Part shown: positions 18,128-27,790 of the stretch, in pieces
How the letters are laid out: each line of letters opens with the position of its first letter
Position numbering within the stretch: position 1 is the first letter of the stretch
DNA from: Faecalibacterium prausnitzii
GTDB lineage: Bacteria > Bacillota > Clostridia > Oscillospirales > Acutalibacteraceae
Reading direction: 5' to 3'
Assembly: GCA_963612725.1 (NCBI GenBank)
Contig: CAVDWM010000005.1
Coordinates: forward strand, 16,363-80,362
Length of the DNA stretch: 64,000 nucleotides
The notes under the pieces: model-generated
Databases searched by the model: none
The model's input: only the letters and a program-made list of their open reading frames with translations
What the model was told of the DNA's origin: nothing
Program-made: the position numbers and the translations under genes

Positions 18128-18658
18128 ATGAACAGAAAAGACCGCACAGTCTATATAATGCTCACGGATTATCCGGATAAGGTCTCGAGAACCATAAAAA
18201 AGATAGGGTTCTGGGAATACTCGCACATGTCGATAAGCACGGACGAACACTACCCCAAATTTTTCAGCTTCACGGGCAAGCGCGGATTCATGACCGAGGA
18301 TTTTGACCTCCACCCGACCTACAAGGGCACGGATGTCCCCTGCGCACTGTTCGCTCTGCCTGTGACGGAAACGGAGCTTCGCAATGTTGAGCGCATAATA
18401 AAGCATATGACCTCGAACGCCGATGAGTATAAATACAGCTACATCGGGCTCGTTTTGCTCTATCTGCGGATAATCCCGAAGCAGCGCAGACGCGATACCT
18501 GCGCCGGCTTCGTCTCGCGCACGATAAGGGAGCAGACCTCGCTCTCCGCAGGGCGCAGGAAAAAGCTGTGCAATCCCAACGATATAAAATCGTTTTTCAT
18601 CAACCAGCTCGTCTTTGAGGGTCCGCTGAGAGTTCTTCTGCAAAAGGGCAAGGCATAA
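18128..18658 (+). CDS. Hypothetical protein (basic, about 176 aa)
   Basis: AGGGGGAG RBS 8 nt before the ATG (MNRKDRTVYIMLTDYPDK...). A long ORF on the opposite strand at the same locus is judged spurious. Confidence 0.4.
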   Translation: MNRKDRTVYIMLTDYPDKVSRTIKKIGFWEYSHMSISTDEHYPKFFSFTGKRGFMTEDFDLHPTYKGTDVPCALFALPVTETELRNVERIIKHMTSNADEYKYSYIGLVLLYLRIIPKQRRRDTCAGFVSRTIREQTSLSAGRRKKLCNPNDIKSFFINQLVFEGPLRVLLQKGKA

Positions 18659-18700
18659 AAAACAGAAGACGGTCTGCCGACCGCAGAATATAAAAAGGAT

Positions 18701-18742
18701 CGGTCACGCAAGAGCAGTGCAGCAACTGCTTTCGCGTGACCG
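18701..18742. terminator. Strong hairpin CGGTCACGC...GCGTGACCG + T4
   Basis: 9-bp perfect stem with a nested palindrome in the loop. Confidence 0.4.
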
Positions 18743-18865
18743 ATTCCCGTTTTATGCAAAAGTCTGTGCATTATCGGTCGGTTTTTCTCTGCATACGGAT
18801 GCAGGAGAGGTTCAGGATCGAAAAATGACTGAAAAGCTTTAGCGAAATGTGAGCTTCGCCGCCGT

Positions 18866-19126
18866 TCAGCTGCGCTGTATCACGTTGCCGTCGCTGTCCG
18901 TGAATTTGCCGGTCACTATCATGATAAGGTCTATAAGATATCCTATCCCGAACACACCCGCCGTAAGAGTATAAAGCACTCCGGAGCCGATCTTTCCGAC
19001 ATAGTAACGGTGTGCGCCGAGTCCGCCTACCAGAACGCAGAGAAGCAGCGTCGTCATAAAGTCCTTCGAGGATGCGCCGGTCGTCTTTTCAACATTCATT
19101 TCAACATTATTATTGTTATTTTCCAT
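18866..19126 (-). CDS. TM2-domain membrane protein
   Basis: GGLGAHRYYVGKIGSGVLYTLTAGVFGIGYLIDLI matches the TM2 signature. Confidence 0.7.
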   Translation of the reverse strand: MENNNNNVEMNVEKTTGASSKDFMTTLLLCVLVGGLGAHRYYVGKIGSGVLYTLTAGVFGIGYLIDLIMIVTGKFTDSDGNVIQRS

Positions 19127-19358
19127 TGCAAAAATCCTTTCATCAAAAATCGTAGGTGCCAGCTGCGATTCGCCACACTGCCGTCACCGCTATTGTGCCG
19201 GCTGTGCTTATATTGCTGAACACGGGTTATTTGCCAATGTCCGACACGCGGCGTTCAAAAGCTCTCAAGGCACGCCTAAAGGAAGCTTTCGTGCCGCAGC
19301 TGCCCTCGTCGGCAGCTCTGAAATGCACATTCTCTTTGCAGACCTTTAAAGACTCCCG

Positions 19359-20054
19359 TCAGTCGGCAACTATCAGGTCGCCCGGCTGAATGCCTGCGGC
19401 ATCCGGCGGAAGAAGCATTATCGCCGGAAAGCCCTCAGAAACTCCCTCCTTTGTGAAATGAAAACAGATATCCCTGTCCGGATTGCGGAGCATAAACAGC
19501 GGATCCCTATCCTCGGAAAGTACTCCGCGCCGAATCAAAAGCACGGTTATGTCTCGCGTTGTGCCACCGTGACGAAGCTCTACCAAATCGCCCTTATGGA
19601 ATATTCCTAGGCGCACATAGCCGTATACCGCGATCGCGTTTTTGTAGCGTATTGCATTCGGGATGTTCACACGGAGCGGATTGAGCTTCGGCAGCGGATG
19701 CACGAGTCTCACCTCAAACACGTTCTCCGCACCTCCGAACGAAGCGCGAAGCTCCTCACGGCAGGCGTCGGCGGTAGCGAGCTCCTGCCTCAATTGCTCC
19801 GCAGTCAGTGCCAGAACGGGATAGATATCTGTATGCGTGGGGCATGTGTTATAATCCGGTCCAACGATCATATTTAACTCAGGCCTGTAAGCCGGATTTT
19901 CTCCCACATACACCGGATATTTAAATTGCAGCGCGGCGGAGCAGTTCTTGCAGAGGATTCCCTCTTCTCTGTTATCAAGGAAGAAAAACTCGCCTGTTTT
20001 TACATTTGCACCGCACCCGACGCAGATCCACTGTTCTTTTTTCTTTGCTGCCAT
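19359..20054 (-). CDS. Zinc-ribbon-containing hypothetical protein (about 231 aa)
   Basis: N-terminal CVGCG...CKNC ribbon. Start at MAAKKKEQ (AGGAGG, 5 nt, ATG). Confidence 0.5.
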   Translation of the reverse strand: MAAKKKEQWICVGCGANVKTGEFFFLDNREEGILCKNCSAALQFKYPVYVGENPAYRPELNMIVGPDYNTCPTHTDIYPVLALTAEQLRQELATADACREELRASFGGAENVFEVRLVHPLPKLNPLRVNIPNAIRYKNAIAVYGYVRLGIFHKGDLVELRHGGTTRDITVLLIRRGVLSEDRDPLFMLRNPDRDICFHFTKEGVSEGFPAIMLLPPDAAGIQPGDLIVAD

Positions 20055-20104
20055 AAGCTCCTCCTTCTTCTTTTTCCGGGCAACACGGTCTTGCCTCAGA
20101 TGTT

Positions 20105-21757
20105 CTAAACGCTCAGCATACCCCACACGGACAGTATGAATATGACAGCCGTCCCTATTGCAATAAGTATGCCCCGCGTTGACTTTGCCGCAGACTTGAA
20201 AGTTCCGACATCGGTGAAAACCAGTTCGGCAAGCAGCAGCCTGCGATCCCTCGGCTTTCCGACAAGCCTGCGCCCGCCGTTTTGCGTCAGCTCGTAAATA
20301 TACGGTCGGTCATATGCTTTGACCCGTGCCGACTGCGTTGTGAGCAGAAGGCTGAAGGTCACCGTAAAAATGAACCAAACGCTGCCGCCGCGAAGATTCA
20401 TTTCCGCAATTCCCTCCGACACGCTGCGGTTGCTTGCAATCGCCTTTACAGCCGCTATGACCGCCGCCGCAGCGACGGGAGCGAATATCAGCGCGACGCT
20501 CTGAATCACCAGAGACAGAATTCGCCGCAGCGTCAAAAATTTATATTCGACCGCCGTCTCCCGTCCGTCAACGGTTTCATAAAACACGGGGGACAGACAC
20601 GGCGGTGCGGACGCTTCGCCCTGTGATATTAAAAGCTCGCCGTCCTCGCGGTGCGCCCGTACCCTTTCGCCGCGCTTTATGACACGGGCGGCGATAGGTG
20701 CGCGATCCTGCCCCATGCCTATAAAGAACATCAGTCCGAAAAATATTCCGAACATGCAGATATACTTCCACGAGAAGGAAATTATCGCACACAGCAGCAG
20801 CGTGACCGCAACGGTATATACCGCCGCCTCGACCGCCCAGAACGGGAACGGCTTTTTCTTTTTATCTTTTAACGAAACTGCCACGCGTCCGGTCTGACCG
20901 TTTACGACTGCGGAAAGCCTGCCCTTTTTCAGCACATACATCGGCAATGTCGCCGACGCCGAAAGCAGTCTGTCCGATGTGACCTTAATGCGCACATCGC
21001 TGTCCTGCAAGGTTCTCTGCACCGTCGGCAGGCACACCTTTTCCGCACGGCGGCGCACGCGCCTGTCGATATCGTTATCGGATATGTCGGAAATGAGAGC
21101 GCGGTGTCCTGCGATATATCCGTATTCAAAAGGCACGGCCGAATTCAGGTCAAACGGCTCGGCGGCATCGAGAACGGAGTAATCCATTTCCCGCACGCAG
21201 TTAACGGCGGTGTCCTCTATGTAGCCGCGGCACCTGTAGCTTCTTGAAAGTCCCGCTCGGTTCGCCTTAAATTCCATAGGTCCGCTCACTATCTCATACG
21301 GCAGATAGTAGCCCCGAATATCGTCCGATGAGCTGTTTATCATCCGCGCTTCGCCCGTTTTTGGGTGCTCTTTTGCCCATTCGCGCAGCCGCTCCTTTGC
21401 CTCCTGCTCGGTGAGCATGAACGGAATGACCAGATCCGGCTCAAAGCCAAGCTCCACCGCGTCGGCTCGAACGAGCCTGCCGCCGCAAAAATCGCAATCA
21501 GAAAGAGCTTCTCCCTGCGGAAATACCGTTTTTGCGCCGCAGCCCGAACAGACCGCCGTCTGCGCCTGCGCGGCGTGAGCGTGGAGCTCCTCCTTGTGAA
21601 GCTCGCGCAGCTCAAGCGAAGCCCTTCGCGTCTCCTCTATTCCCGAGGTCTCCGAGCACATGGGGCAGCGGTAGGTCTGACGCTCGATATCGAAGGTCAC
21701 GGGATGACCGCAGTTGCGGCATGTGATACGCAGTGGCGATCTGACTTCACCCATTGC
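20105..21757 (-). CDS. Double-zinc-ribbon membrane protein (family often mis-annotated 'primosomal protein N'-like'), long paralog
   Basis: Two CxxC..CxxC ribbons, a conserved PDLVIPF core, an NGQTG motif and 3-4 C-terminal TM helices. Start at MGEVRSP. Paralog of the 25622..26719 gene. Confidence 0.55.
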   Translation of the reverse strand, partial: AMGEVRSPLRITCRNCGHPVTFDIERQTYRCPMCSETSGIEETRRASLELRELHKEELHAHAAQAQTAVCSGCGAKTVFPQGEALSDCDFCGGRLVRADAVELGFEPDLVIPFMLTEQEAKERLREWAKEHPKTGEARMINSSSDDIRGYYLPYEIVSGPMEFKANRAGLSRSYRCRGYIEDTAVNCVREMDYSVLDAAEPFDLNSAVPFEYGYIAGHRALISDISDNDIDRRVRRRAEKVCLPTVQRTLQDSDVRIKVTSDRLLSASATLPMYVLKKGRLSAVVNGQTGRVAVSLKDKKKKPFPFWAVEAAVYTVAVTLLLCAIISFSWKYICMFGIFFGLMFFIGMGQDRAPIAARVIKRGERVRAHREDGELLISQGEASAPPCLSPVFYETVDGRETAVEYKFLTLRRILSLVIQSVALIFAPVAAAAVIAAVKAIASNRSVSEGIAEMNLRGGSVWFIFTVTFSLLLTTQSARVKAYDRPYIYELTQNGGRRLVGKPRDRRLLLAELVFTDVGTFKSAAKSTRGILIAIGTAVIFILSVWGMLSV

Positions 21758-21889
21758 CGAAAGCACCTCTCTTTTGCTTTTCTTGTTTCGCAACGCCCAA
21801 AATATATGCGAATATCCTTCGGAAAAACATCGAATATAAGCCGATGCCTTTCCGAAAGAGGCTTGACGCAGCAAGCCCTTTCGCATTTG

Positions 21890-22231
21890 CTAAGACATTT
21901 TCGGAAATCCGAGGTTGTATGCGCCGCAGGCATAGAGCCTGCCGTCCTTAAACCAGACATGCAGCACGCAGGCATCGCTTTCGGCGGCATACCAGGAATA
22001 GAGCTGCGCTTGCCGTGCGGCGTCGTAACGGTATTCCGAGGGATCGACGCCGATATGTACGACAACCTCCTCATAGGTAAGGTCAGCCTGTTCGGTGGCG
22101 AAAAAGTAATTGAGCCCTCCGAAATATTTCTCAAAAGTCTCCTTTAATGTCCCTTTTGACGCCCTGTCTCGGCTCATTTGCTGAGCCTTTGTTGACTCAA
22201 AATTCAGGTTATAAGGATCGTTCTCTTTCAT
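21890..22231 (-). CDS. Hypothetical cytoplasmic protein (113 aa)
   Basis: ORF with coding-like composition, co-directional within the island. Confidence 0.4.
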   Translation of the reverse strand: MKENDPYNLNFESTKAQQMSRDRASKGTLKETFEKYFGGLNYFFATEQADLTYEEVVVHIGVDPSEYRYDAARQAQLYSWYAAESDACVLHVWFKDGRLYACGAYNLGFPKMS

Positions 22232-22243
22232 TTTTCCGAAAAG

Positions 22244-22651
22244 CTAAACCCGCTCGAGCACGAACATACCGAGCCCGTACCGCAGACAGCCGTCTTCGGT
22301 GACGAAAATTTCCTCAAACGGATCGACCTCTTCTCCGAGAGCCTCGCCCTCGGTCTTCGTGTCATAGTAAAGCTTACCGTTTTCTTCCTTCCAAACGGTG
22401 CTCTCGACAACGCCGTAACCGTCCTCGCGGACAACGATGCCCTCCGCCTCCGCCGCTTCCCTTATCTCCTCGGGAACGGGCATGAGCGTGTTCATAACTC
22501 CGTCCTCGGCAAACTCGGTAAGGCTCTGAAGCAGCTTTTCATAATCATCAAAGCTCCCATCGGTCGGCAAGGCGTCCGCCGTAATGACCAGCTCGCCGTC
22601 CGGCGTAAAGGTATGTATTTCTTTGACCTTCCAAAGTCCTCTGACATCCAT
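22244..22651 (-). CDS. Hypothetical acidic cytoplasmic protein (about 135 aa)
   Basis: AAGGAGG, 7 nt, ATG(MDVRGLWK). The upstream part of the longer ORF looks non-coding. Confidence 0.4.
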   Translation of the reverse strand: MDVRGLWKVKEIHTFTPDGELVITADALPTDGSFDDYEKLLQSLTEFAEDGVMNTLMPVPEEIREAAEAEGIVVREDGYGVVESTVWKEENGKLYYDTKTEGEALGEEVDPFEEIFVTEDGCLRYGLGMFVLERV

Positions 22652-22721
22652 CGCATTTCCTCCTTTTGCCCGCGAACCGCGATTTTTCGGTGCGCACGCC
22701 GTAATTCTTTCAAAAGCCATG

Positions 22722-23120
22722 TCACAGCACGTGTATTTCCCCGTCCGTGACCTCAAAGCTGTAGGCAGTCCTGCCTTTTCCGTTATAATTCGAGCACAGC
22801 AGCTGACCGTCATCATATCTGAACCGTCCGCCGAGAGTCCACGCATTGTTCGGATAGGCGTCAAACTCCGCCTTTGAGATTCGGTAAATATTCCACCAGA
22901 AGCCGGAGCCGCTGCCGCCCTCGCAATATACACGCACTCCGTATATATCGCTGCCGAACACACCCGCGCCGCAGCAGAAGCCGAGCTTTGTTTCCTTGAT
23001 TATTTTAAAATCGTCAAAGGAATAAACCACGCGCTCCCTCCCGCAATTATCCACACGAAAGCGGTCGCGGTGACGGCTCCGAGCTCTTGTGAAAAGAAGC
23101 TTCCGACGCAAGTCCGTCAT
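22722..23120 (-). CDS. Hypothetical Gly/aromatic-rich protein (about 133 aa; start uncertain)
   Basis: Good coding signal in the C-terminal 110 aa (GFCCGAGVFGSDIYGVRVYCEGGSGSGFWWNIYRI...). A candidate ATG lies 3 nt after the upstream stop. Confidence 0.3.
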   Translation of the reverse strand: MTDLRRKLLFTRARSRHRDRFRVDNCGRERVVYSFDDFKIIKETKLGFCCGAGVFGSDIYGVRVYCEGGSGSGFWWNIYRISKAEFDAYPNNAWTLGGRFRYDDGQLLCSNYNGKGRTAYSFEVTDGEIHVL

Positions 23121-23122
23121 TT

Positions 23123-23698
23123 TTATGCCCAGGGATCGGCTTCCTTGGGGGTTCTGACGCCCGTGAGCAGATACTGCTCCCACAAGAACCACTTGCCGTC
23201 GCTGCCGCGCTGACGAAGCTTTATCGGGCGCGGATCGTCGGCTCCGCCGCAGGGAATGAACAGCTTCATATAGCCCTGCTCCTCGCCGGAGACATGGTTG
23301 CTCGTAACAACCACCGTATACGGCTCGGACGGAGTATAGTTGTTGTCCGGCGTAGCGCCGACAAAATAGGTGAAGGGAAGATAGGTCTTGCCGTCGCGGA
23401 AGCGGTCGTTTAAGAAGGATATCTCCTGACCGTTGAGCGGGCGCGGACCGCGAAGCCAGTTCAGCATCTCGGTGCCGATGTTTCTGTCTGCGGCATAGGC
23501 GCACAGGGCAAGAACCGTGAGAGCCGCCGTCTGAAACGGTGTGTCAAGGCTCGCCTCCGGAAGTGCCTGCATCTCGGCAAGACTCTCGGGCAGCGAGGTG
23601 AAGGTAAAGGTCTCGCGCTTATTGCCGATGGACTGCGCGGCGGTCGTTACCGCCTGCTGGGCCGTGCTTTTCAGTTTGTCGAAGATACTCATTGACAA
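23123..23698 (-). CDS. Hypothetical protein (191 aa)
   Basis: AGAGGAGAG RBS 7 nt before the ATG. Confidence 0.45.
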   Translation of the reverse strand: MSMSIFDKLKSTAQQAVTTAAQSIGNKRETFTFTSLPESLAEMQALPEASLDTPFQTAALTVLALCAYAADRNIGTEMLNWLRGPRPLNGQEISFLNDRFRDGKTYLPFTYFVGATPDNNYTPSEPYTVVVTSNHVSGEEQGYMKLFIPCGGADDPRPIKLRQRGSDGKWFLWEQYLLTGVRTPKEADPWA

Positions 23699-23721
23699 TC
23701 TCTCCTCTTTATGAAATATTT

Positions 23722-24726
23722 TTATTTCTTCTTTTTCCTGCTCAGAATCACCGCTGCGGCTGTTCCTCCACCGAGAACCGCCACACCGGGGACTGCTATA
23801 AGAGCAATCTTTTTCGGGGATGAGCCGGTCTTATCGGTATTTTTCTCCGTCGTTTCGCCGGGCATCTCCGAGGTATCAACCCGACTGTCGGCTGCCGACT
23901 CGCCGGTGATTGCTTCTGTCGTCTCCGCACTGCCGCCTGTCGAAGCGGGCGGCGCGGAGGAGGCTGTCTGCTCCGCAGCGGCTTTCGTTGGGGAGGTCGC
24001 CGCCGGAGCGGCTTTCCCGACCACAGTGACGGGAATCACACTGGAATAGGCTCTGCCGCCGAGGCTCGTCTCCACATAGCAGACATAGTACCGCGTTCCG
24101 GTCTTTGTCGTGTCACAGACGAGGATCGGGGCGTCCTCCGTATAGCCCTCCTTCGCTCCGACGGCAACGATGTCCTTGAGCTCGCCGCTTGCGGTCTCGT
24201 ACCATGTGTAGACCTTTATCTTGTCCCCGCCAGACGCCTCGGCGGAGCAGTGGAGCTTCAGAATCTTATCCTTTTCCACAGTAACCGACGCAGGCACTTT
24301 CAGCTGCGGCGGAGATTTTGTGCCGCCTACCGAGATGTACGCGCTACGCGAGGTCACGCTGCCCGTCTTGTTTGAAACAACGCAGTATATCTCCGCGCCG
24401 TCAAGGGCACTTCCGATTCCGTTGATAAAGAACCCGTTTCCGACATCATTTCTGCCGTATCCGTCGCCGACAACGCCCTCCTGCCACGGATGGTTTTCGA
24501 CGAAGGATCTTGTCGTGTTGTAGGCAACGCCTTTATACACGATGAACCAATCATATACAAGGTCGTCTCCGGTAGCCTCCACTGTCCAATATGCCGAGGA
24601 ATTTTCCGGAAATACCATATTCTGCGGCTGGAGGGTGATCTCTATTTTACCCGCCGCGAGCACCTGCGCAGGTGCCGAAACCGTAAGGATGAGTGCGAAC
24701 AGTAAAGCTGTCAGTATTCGTCTCAT
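23722..24726 (-). CDS. Secreted Ig-like-domain surface protein with S/T/A-rich stalk and C-terminal TM anchor
   Basis: Signal peptide MRRILTALLFALILTVSAPAQVLAAG. Two Ig-like beta-rich modules of about 100 aa, a PT/S-rich linker, and a C-terminal TM + KKKK. Confidence 0.55.
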   Translation of the reverse strand: MRRILTALLFALILTVSAPAQVLAAGKIEITLQPQNMVFPENSSAYWTVEATGDDLVYDWFIVYKGVAYNTTRSFVENHPWQEGVVGDGYGRNDVGNGFFINGIGSALDGAEIYCVVSNKTGSVTSRSAYISVGGTKSPPQLKVPASVTVEKDKILKLHCSAEASGGDKIKVYTWYETASGELKDIVAVGAKEGYTEDAPILVCDTTKTGTRYYVCYVETSLGGRAYSSVIPVTVVGKAAPAATSPTKAAAEQTASSAPPASTGGSAETTEAITGESAADSRVDTSEMPGETTEKNTDKTGSSPKKIALIAVPGVAVLGGGTAAAVILSRKKKK

Positions 24727-24751
24727 AGTTACCTCATTTCCGAGCGGCGCG

Positions 24752-25606
24752 TCAAAAGCTGCCGCCGCCTCCGCCGTGTGATGTTCCCGATGAGGATGTG
24801 TGAGTGCTCGAACCGCCTGAGCTGCTGCTTGACGACTTCGGCTTTTCGGTGCGCACCACATTTGTTGTAATAAACTCGTCTCTGCTGCCGGTGACAGCCA
24901 TGCTTCCGGGCACAACATAGCTGTTTGCCGCCGCCTGGAACCGCACCGTCTTGAGCTTCGCCTTCATTCTTCCGACAACGATAAGCGAGATCAGAACACC
25001 CACAATAATCGAAATGGGTATCCATATCGGCGAAAGCAGCTCTTTTGCGGCAGGTTCCTCCGGCATATTGTCAACATCGTACGGTTCGCCGTTTTCCGCC
25101 TGAACGGCAAAGGCGTCGCAGGTCTCGACATATGTCGTGAATGCAGCGGCGTAATCTCCCGCCGACAGATCGGGAACCATCTTCTCGCCGATATGCGCGA
25201 TTCCGGCATCGGTAAATATCTTTATTGCGCTCCCCGTTGTAGTTATGTGCCACTTGCGTTCGCCCATACTGATAAGGAACAAAACGCAGTTGTGATTCTC
25301 GCCCTGACCGTAGCCGTAATAGTCGCAGAAATCATCTGCATAATCCTCTATGTCTCTGTCGTCGAGAGCTTCTATCGTGACCACCGCGATATCCATATTA
25401 TGCTTCGCACTCGCCTCTTCAAGCTTCGTGAGAAGCTGCTGCTCCTCGGTATCGGTTAGGATATCGGCATCGTCTACGAGCAGCGGATACATCCTCTCCT
25501 GCGGAACGGTGCCGGAATAAGGAGGCGCGGGCACGGCAAACGACGGAACGACCGTCACAAGGCAAATCACAAGAGCAAAAAGCATTGCACAAATTTTCTT
25601 TTTCAT
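24752..25606 (-). CDS. TPM-domain protein (TLP18.3/Psb32/MOLO-1 family), membrane-anchored with Gly/Ser-rich tail
   Basis: Signal peptide, then the TPM core (YPLLVDDADILTDTEEQQLLTKLEEASAKHNMDIAVVTIEAL), a TM helix and a C-terminal SSSSSGGSSTHTSSSG tail. Confidence 0.7.
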   Translation of the reverse strand: MKKKICAMLFALVICLVTVVPSFAVPAPPYSGTVPQERMYPLLVDDADILTDTEEQQLLTKLEEASAKHNMDIAVVTIEALDDRDIEDYADDFCDYYGYGQGENHNCVLFLISMGERKWHITTTGSAIKIFTDAGIAHIGEKMVPDLSAGDYAAAFTTYVETCDAFAVQAENGEPYDVDNMPEEPAAKELLSPIWIPISIIVGVLISLIVVGRMKAKLKTVRFQAAANSYVVPGSMAVTGSRDEFITTNVVRTEKPKSSSSSSGGSSTHTSSSGTSHGGGGGSF

Positions 25607-25621
25607 CAGCCGCTTCCCTCC

Positions 25622-26719
25622 TTACATATACAGCAGAATGTGGACGAGCCACGCAAGACCGTAGGTAGCGGCGCTCAGTGCCGCCGCCAGTCCCAGTCTC
25701 CAGCGCATCGCCGCAGACTTATCCACCGGCAGGTCTCCGACGAGCTTGCCCGTCTGTCCGTTCATGGCAAAGGTATACTGCTTGCCCTGATATGTTGTGT
25801 TGAGCAGCCATACAGGGTAAAGCGCATACTTCGCAACGCCGTTTTGCAGCCTTATAAAGCTGCTGTCGGGCGTCACGGAATCGTAGCCCTTAACAGTGTC
25901 CCTGAAGAGCTCTTCGACGCTGCTCTTGACGCGGCTGTTGGCTCTGTCAACGCTCTGCTCAGCAGTCACATCGTACTTATCCGCAAGATATCCGGCGAGA
26001 TAAGCCGTTTGGAAATTCACCGCTGCGGCGAGATCGAAGGGCTCTATCGACTCCATCAGGTCGTCCGCCATCTTCTCGGAGCCGTCCACCGGTATCGCCG
26101 CAAAATCGGTGCAGCCGTCCCGATACACTCTGTAGAGGCTCGTCTCCGTATAGTTATAGTCGCTGTCGCTCCATTTTCTTATCTTCTTCGCGTCATAAAC
26201 GACCGAGGCGTCGGCATGGGCGTCAAACAGCCAGAACGGAACATATATCCCCTTTATCTCGTCGATATGGTTCTCGTCCTTGAAGGTTTTCGGCAGCAGC
26301 CGTTTCCCCGAAATATGCTTTTTGAACGCTTCCTTTGCGTCCTTTTTATTGAGCTTGAACGGAATAACGATATCCGGCTTGAGCATTCCCGAAAACTGCT
26401 CCATCATAACGACCGGATTTCCGCAGAACGGGCAAGAGGTCGCGGCGGTTGTCTCGTCGCCGACTATCTCGCCTCCGCAGGACTTGCAGACATAGGAGCG
26501 CAGTCCGCCTTTTTCGTCCTCCGTCCATTCTCCGCCCGCGGCAGTCTGCCACTGCATATCGTCCGCGCCCGCGCCGCCGTCAAGCCCCGCGTCGAGACTT
26601 GCGAGCTCCTCCATAGCATATTCGGAGTCGCAGAACGGACATTTCATTTTTTGGATATCACTGTTGAATTCAAGCGCGCCGCCGCAGGCAGGGCACTTGT
26701 ATTCCTGCAAGGTTTGCAT
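25622..26719 (-). CDS. Double-zinc-ribbon membrane protein, short paralog of 20105..21757
   Basis: CPACGG..CPFCDS and CKSCGG..CPFCGN ribbons, a PDIVIPFKL core, an MNGQTGKL motif and C-terminal TM segments. Start at MQTLQEYK (GAGAGGAG RBS). Confidence 0.55.
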   Translation of the reverse strand: MQTLQEYKCPACGGALEFNSDIQKMKCPFCDSEYAMEELASLDAGLDGGAGADDMQWQTAAGGEWTEDEKGGLRSYVCKSCGGEIVGDETTAATSCPFCGNPVVMMEQFSGMLKPDIVIPFKLNKKDAKEAFKKHISGKRLLPKTFKDENHIDEIKGIYVPFWLFDAHADASVVYDAKKIRKWSDSDYNYTETSLYRVYRDGCTDFAAIPVDGSEKMADDLMESIEPFDLAAAVNFQTAYLAGYLADKYDVTAEQSVDRANSRVKSSVEELFRDTVKGYDSVTPDSSFIRLQNGVAKYALYPVWLLNTTYQGKQYTFAMNGQTGKLVGDLPVDKSAAMRWRLGLAAALSAATYGLAWLVHILLYM

Positions 26720-26830
26720 AAAAAGCTCCTCTCTTAAAGAATCTCTCCCGTTGGGCGCCGCAGAGCGCACCTGCCGGCTGCAGATTCATCTTACTTTCGG
26801 TCGATAGCTTTACACGGCTTTTCGTATTTT

Positions 26831-27703
26831 TTATTCGTACTTTTCCGCAAGACGGAAAAAGGCCTCCGTCAGTTCTTTGCCGGGATCAATGGGTGCATAT
26901 ATCCAGCTGCCGTCGGAAAAATCAAACGAAATCTTATATGTGGTTTCGTCAAGAATGATCAGACCGTCGTCCTCCGGCTCCACATATTGCACGACCTGAC
27001 CGATAAGCTGCTGCCTTTCTACGATATCAAGTATCTCCTTCGCCGCATCCTCCTCGACACGCCTGTCTTCCACTTCCGTGCGGTATTCCCTGTCGCCGAC
27101 TACGGCATCACACGAAAAGAGCCATGCGTTTTCTTCCCTTCTGAGAGTGAAGGTATGGGAGTATGAATAGTCCATGCAGCTGCGCACTATAAACACTTCC
27201 GTGAGCGTCCTTGTCTCCGCCGCCTCATAGTGAGTGTCGGCAAGAGAATAGAGATAATCCATCGTCTTCTCGCCGAGAGCCGTGTTCTTTTCTATCCTGT
27301 TCCCGTCGGAGAAGGTCACTGCGGTGATGCGCGTCGGCGCATCGGGGATATGAAAGAGCCGTGCCATGTCAAGGTGCCGGCGCAGACGCGTTATTTCCCT
27401 CTCCTCGCTGACAAGGGAAATGAGCTTCTCAGCCTCATCAGTCGATATCGGAAAACAGCTGAACGAGGTGTAATGCTCCTTTTGCTCTCCCACGCGGCAG
27501 CTTGCGGAAAAGAACCAGCCGCGATCCCCCTTCAGCAGAGCGAAGGAATATACGGGGTCTCTTTCCGTGCCGTAATATGAGGTACTCAGCGAAACGATTT
27601 CATCGGCAGTGAATTTTTTGTTCCCGCCGCAGCCGAACATACCGGAAATCAGGGACAGAAGTGACATAACAATCACCGCCTTACGCACAATTTTATTTTT
27701 CAT
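26831..27703 (-). CDS. Lipoprotein, hypothetical (290 aa)
   Basis: Signal peptide with a lipobox-like ...SGMFGCGG. Confidence 0.5.
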   Translation of the reverse strand: MKNKIVRKAVIVMSLLSLISGMFGCGGNKKFTADEIVSLSTSYYGTERDPVYSFALLKGDRGWFFSASCRVGEQKEHYTSFSCFPISTDEAEKLISLVSEEREITRLRRHLDMARLFHIPDAPTRITAVTFSDGNRIEKNTALGEKTMDYLYSLADTHYEAAETRTLTEVFIVRSCMDYSYSHTFTLRREENAWLFSCDAVVGDREYRTEVEDRRVEEDAAKEILDIVERQQLIGQVVQYVEPEDDGLIILDETTYKISFDFSDGSWIYAPIDPGKELTEAFFRLAEKYE

Positions 27704-27790
27704 TTTCTTATTAAAGCGGTTTTCCGCACGATCGGCACAGCCTCGGCGGATTCACCCGATTCTCCACGGCGAAGCCGCAGCAAAAGTCCG

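Noticed and set aside
18107-18643. 178-aa minus-strand ORF overlapping the 18128..18658 gene
   Set aside because: There is no RBS. The plus-strand ORF has an AGGGGGAG RBS and a consensus promoter, and the minus ORF is Arg/Ala-rich antisense noise.
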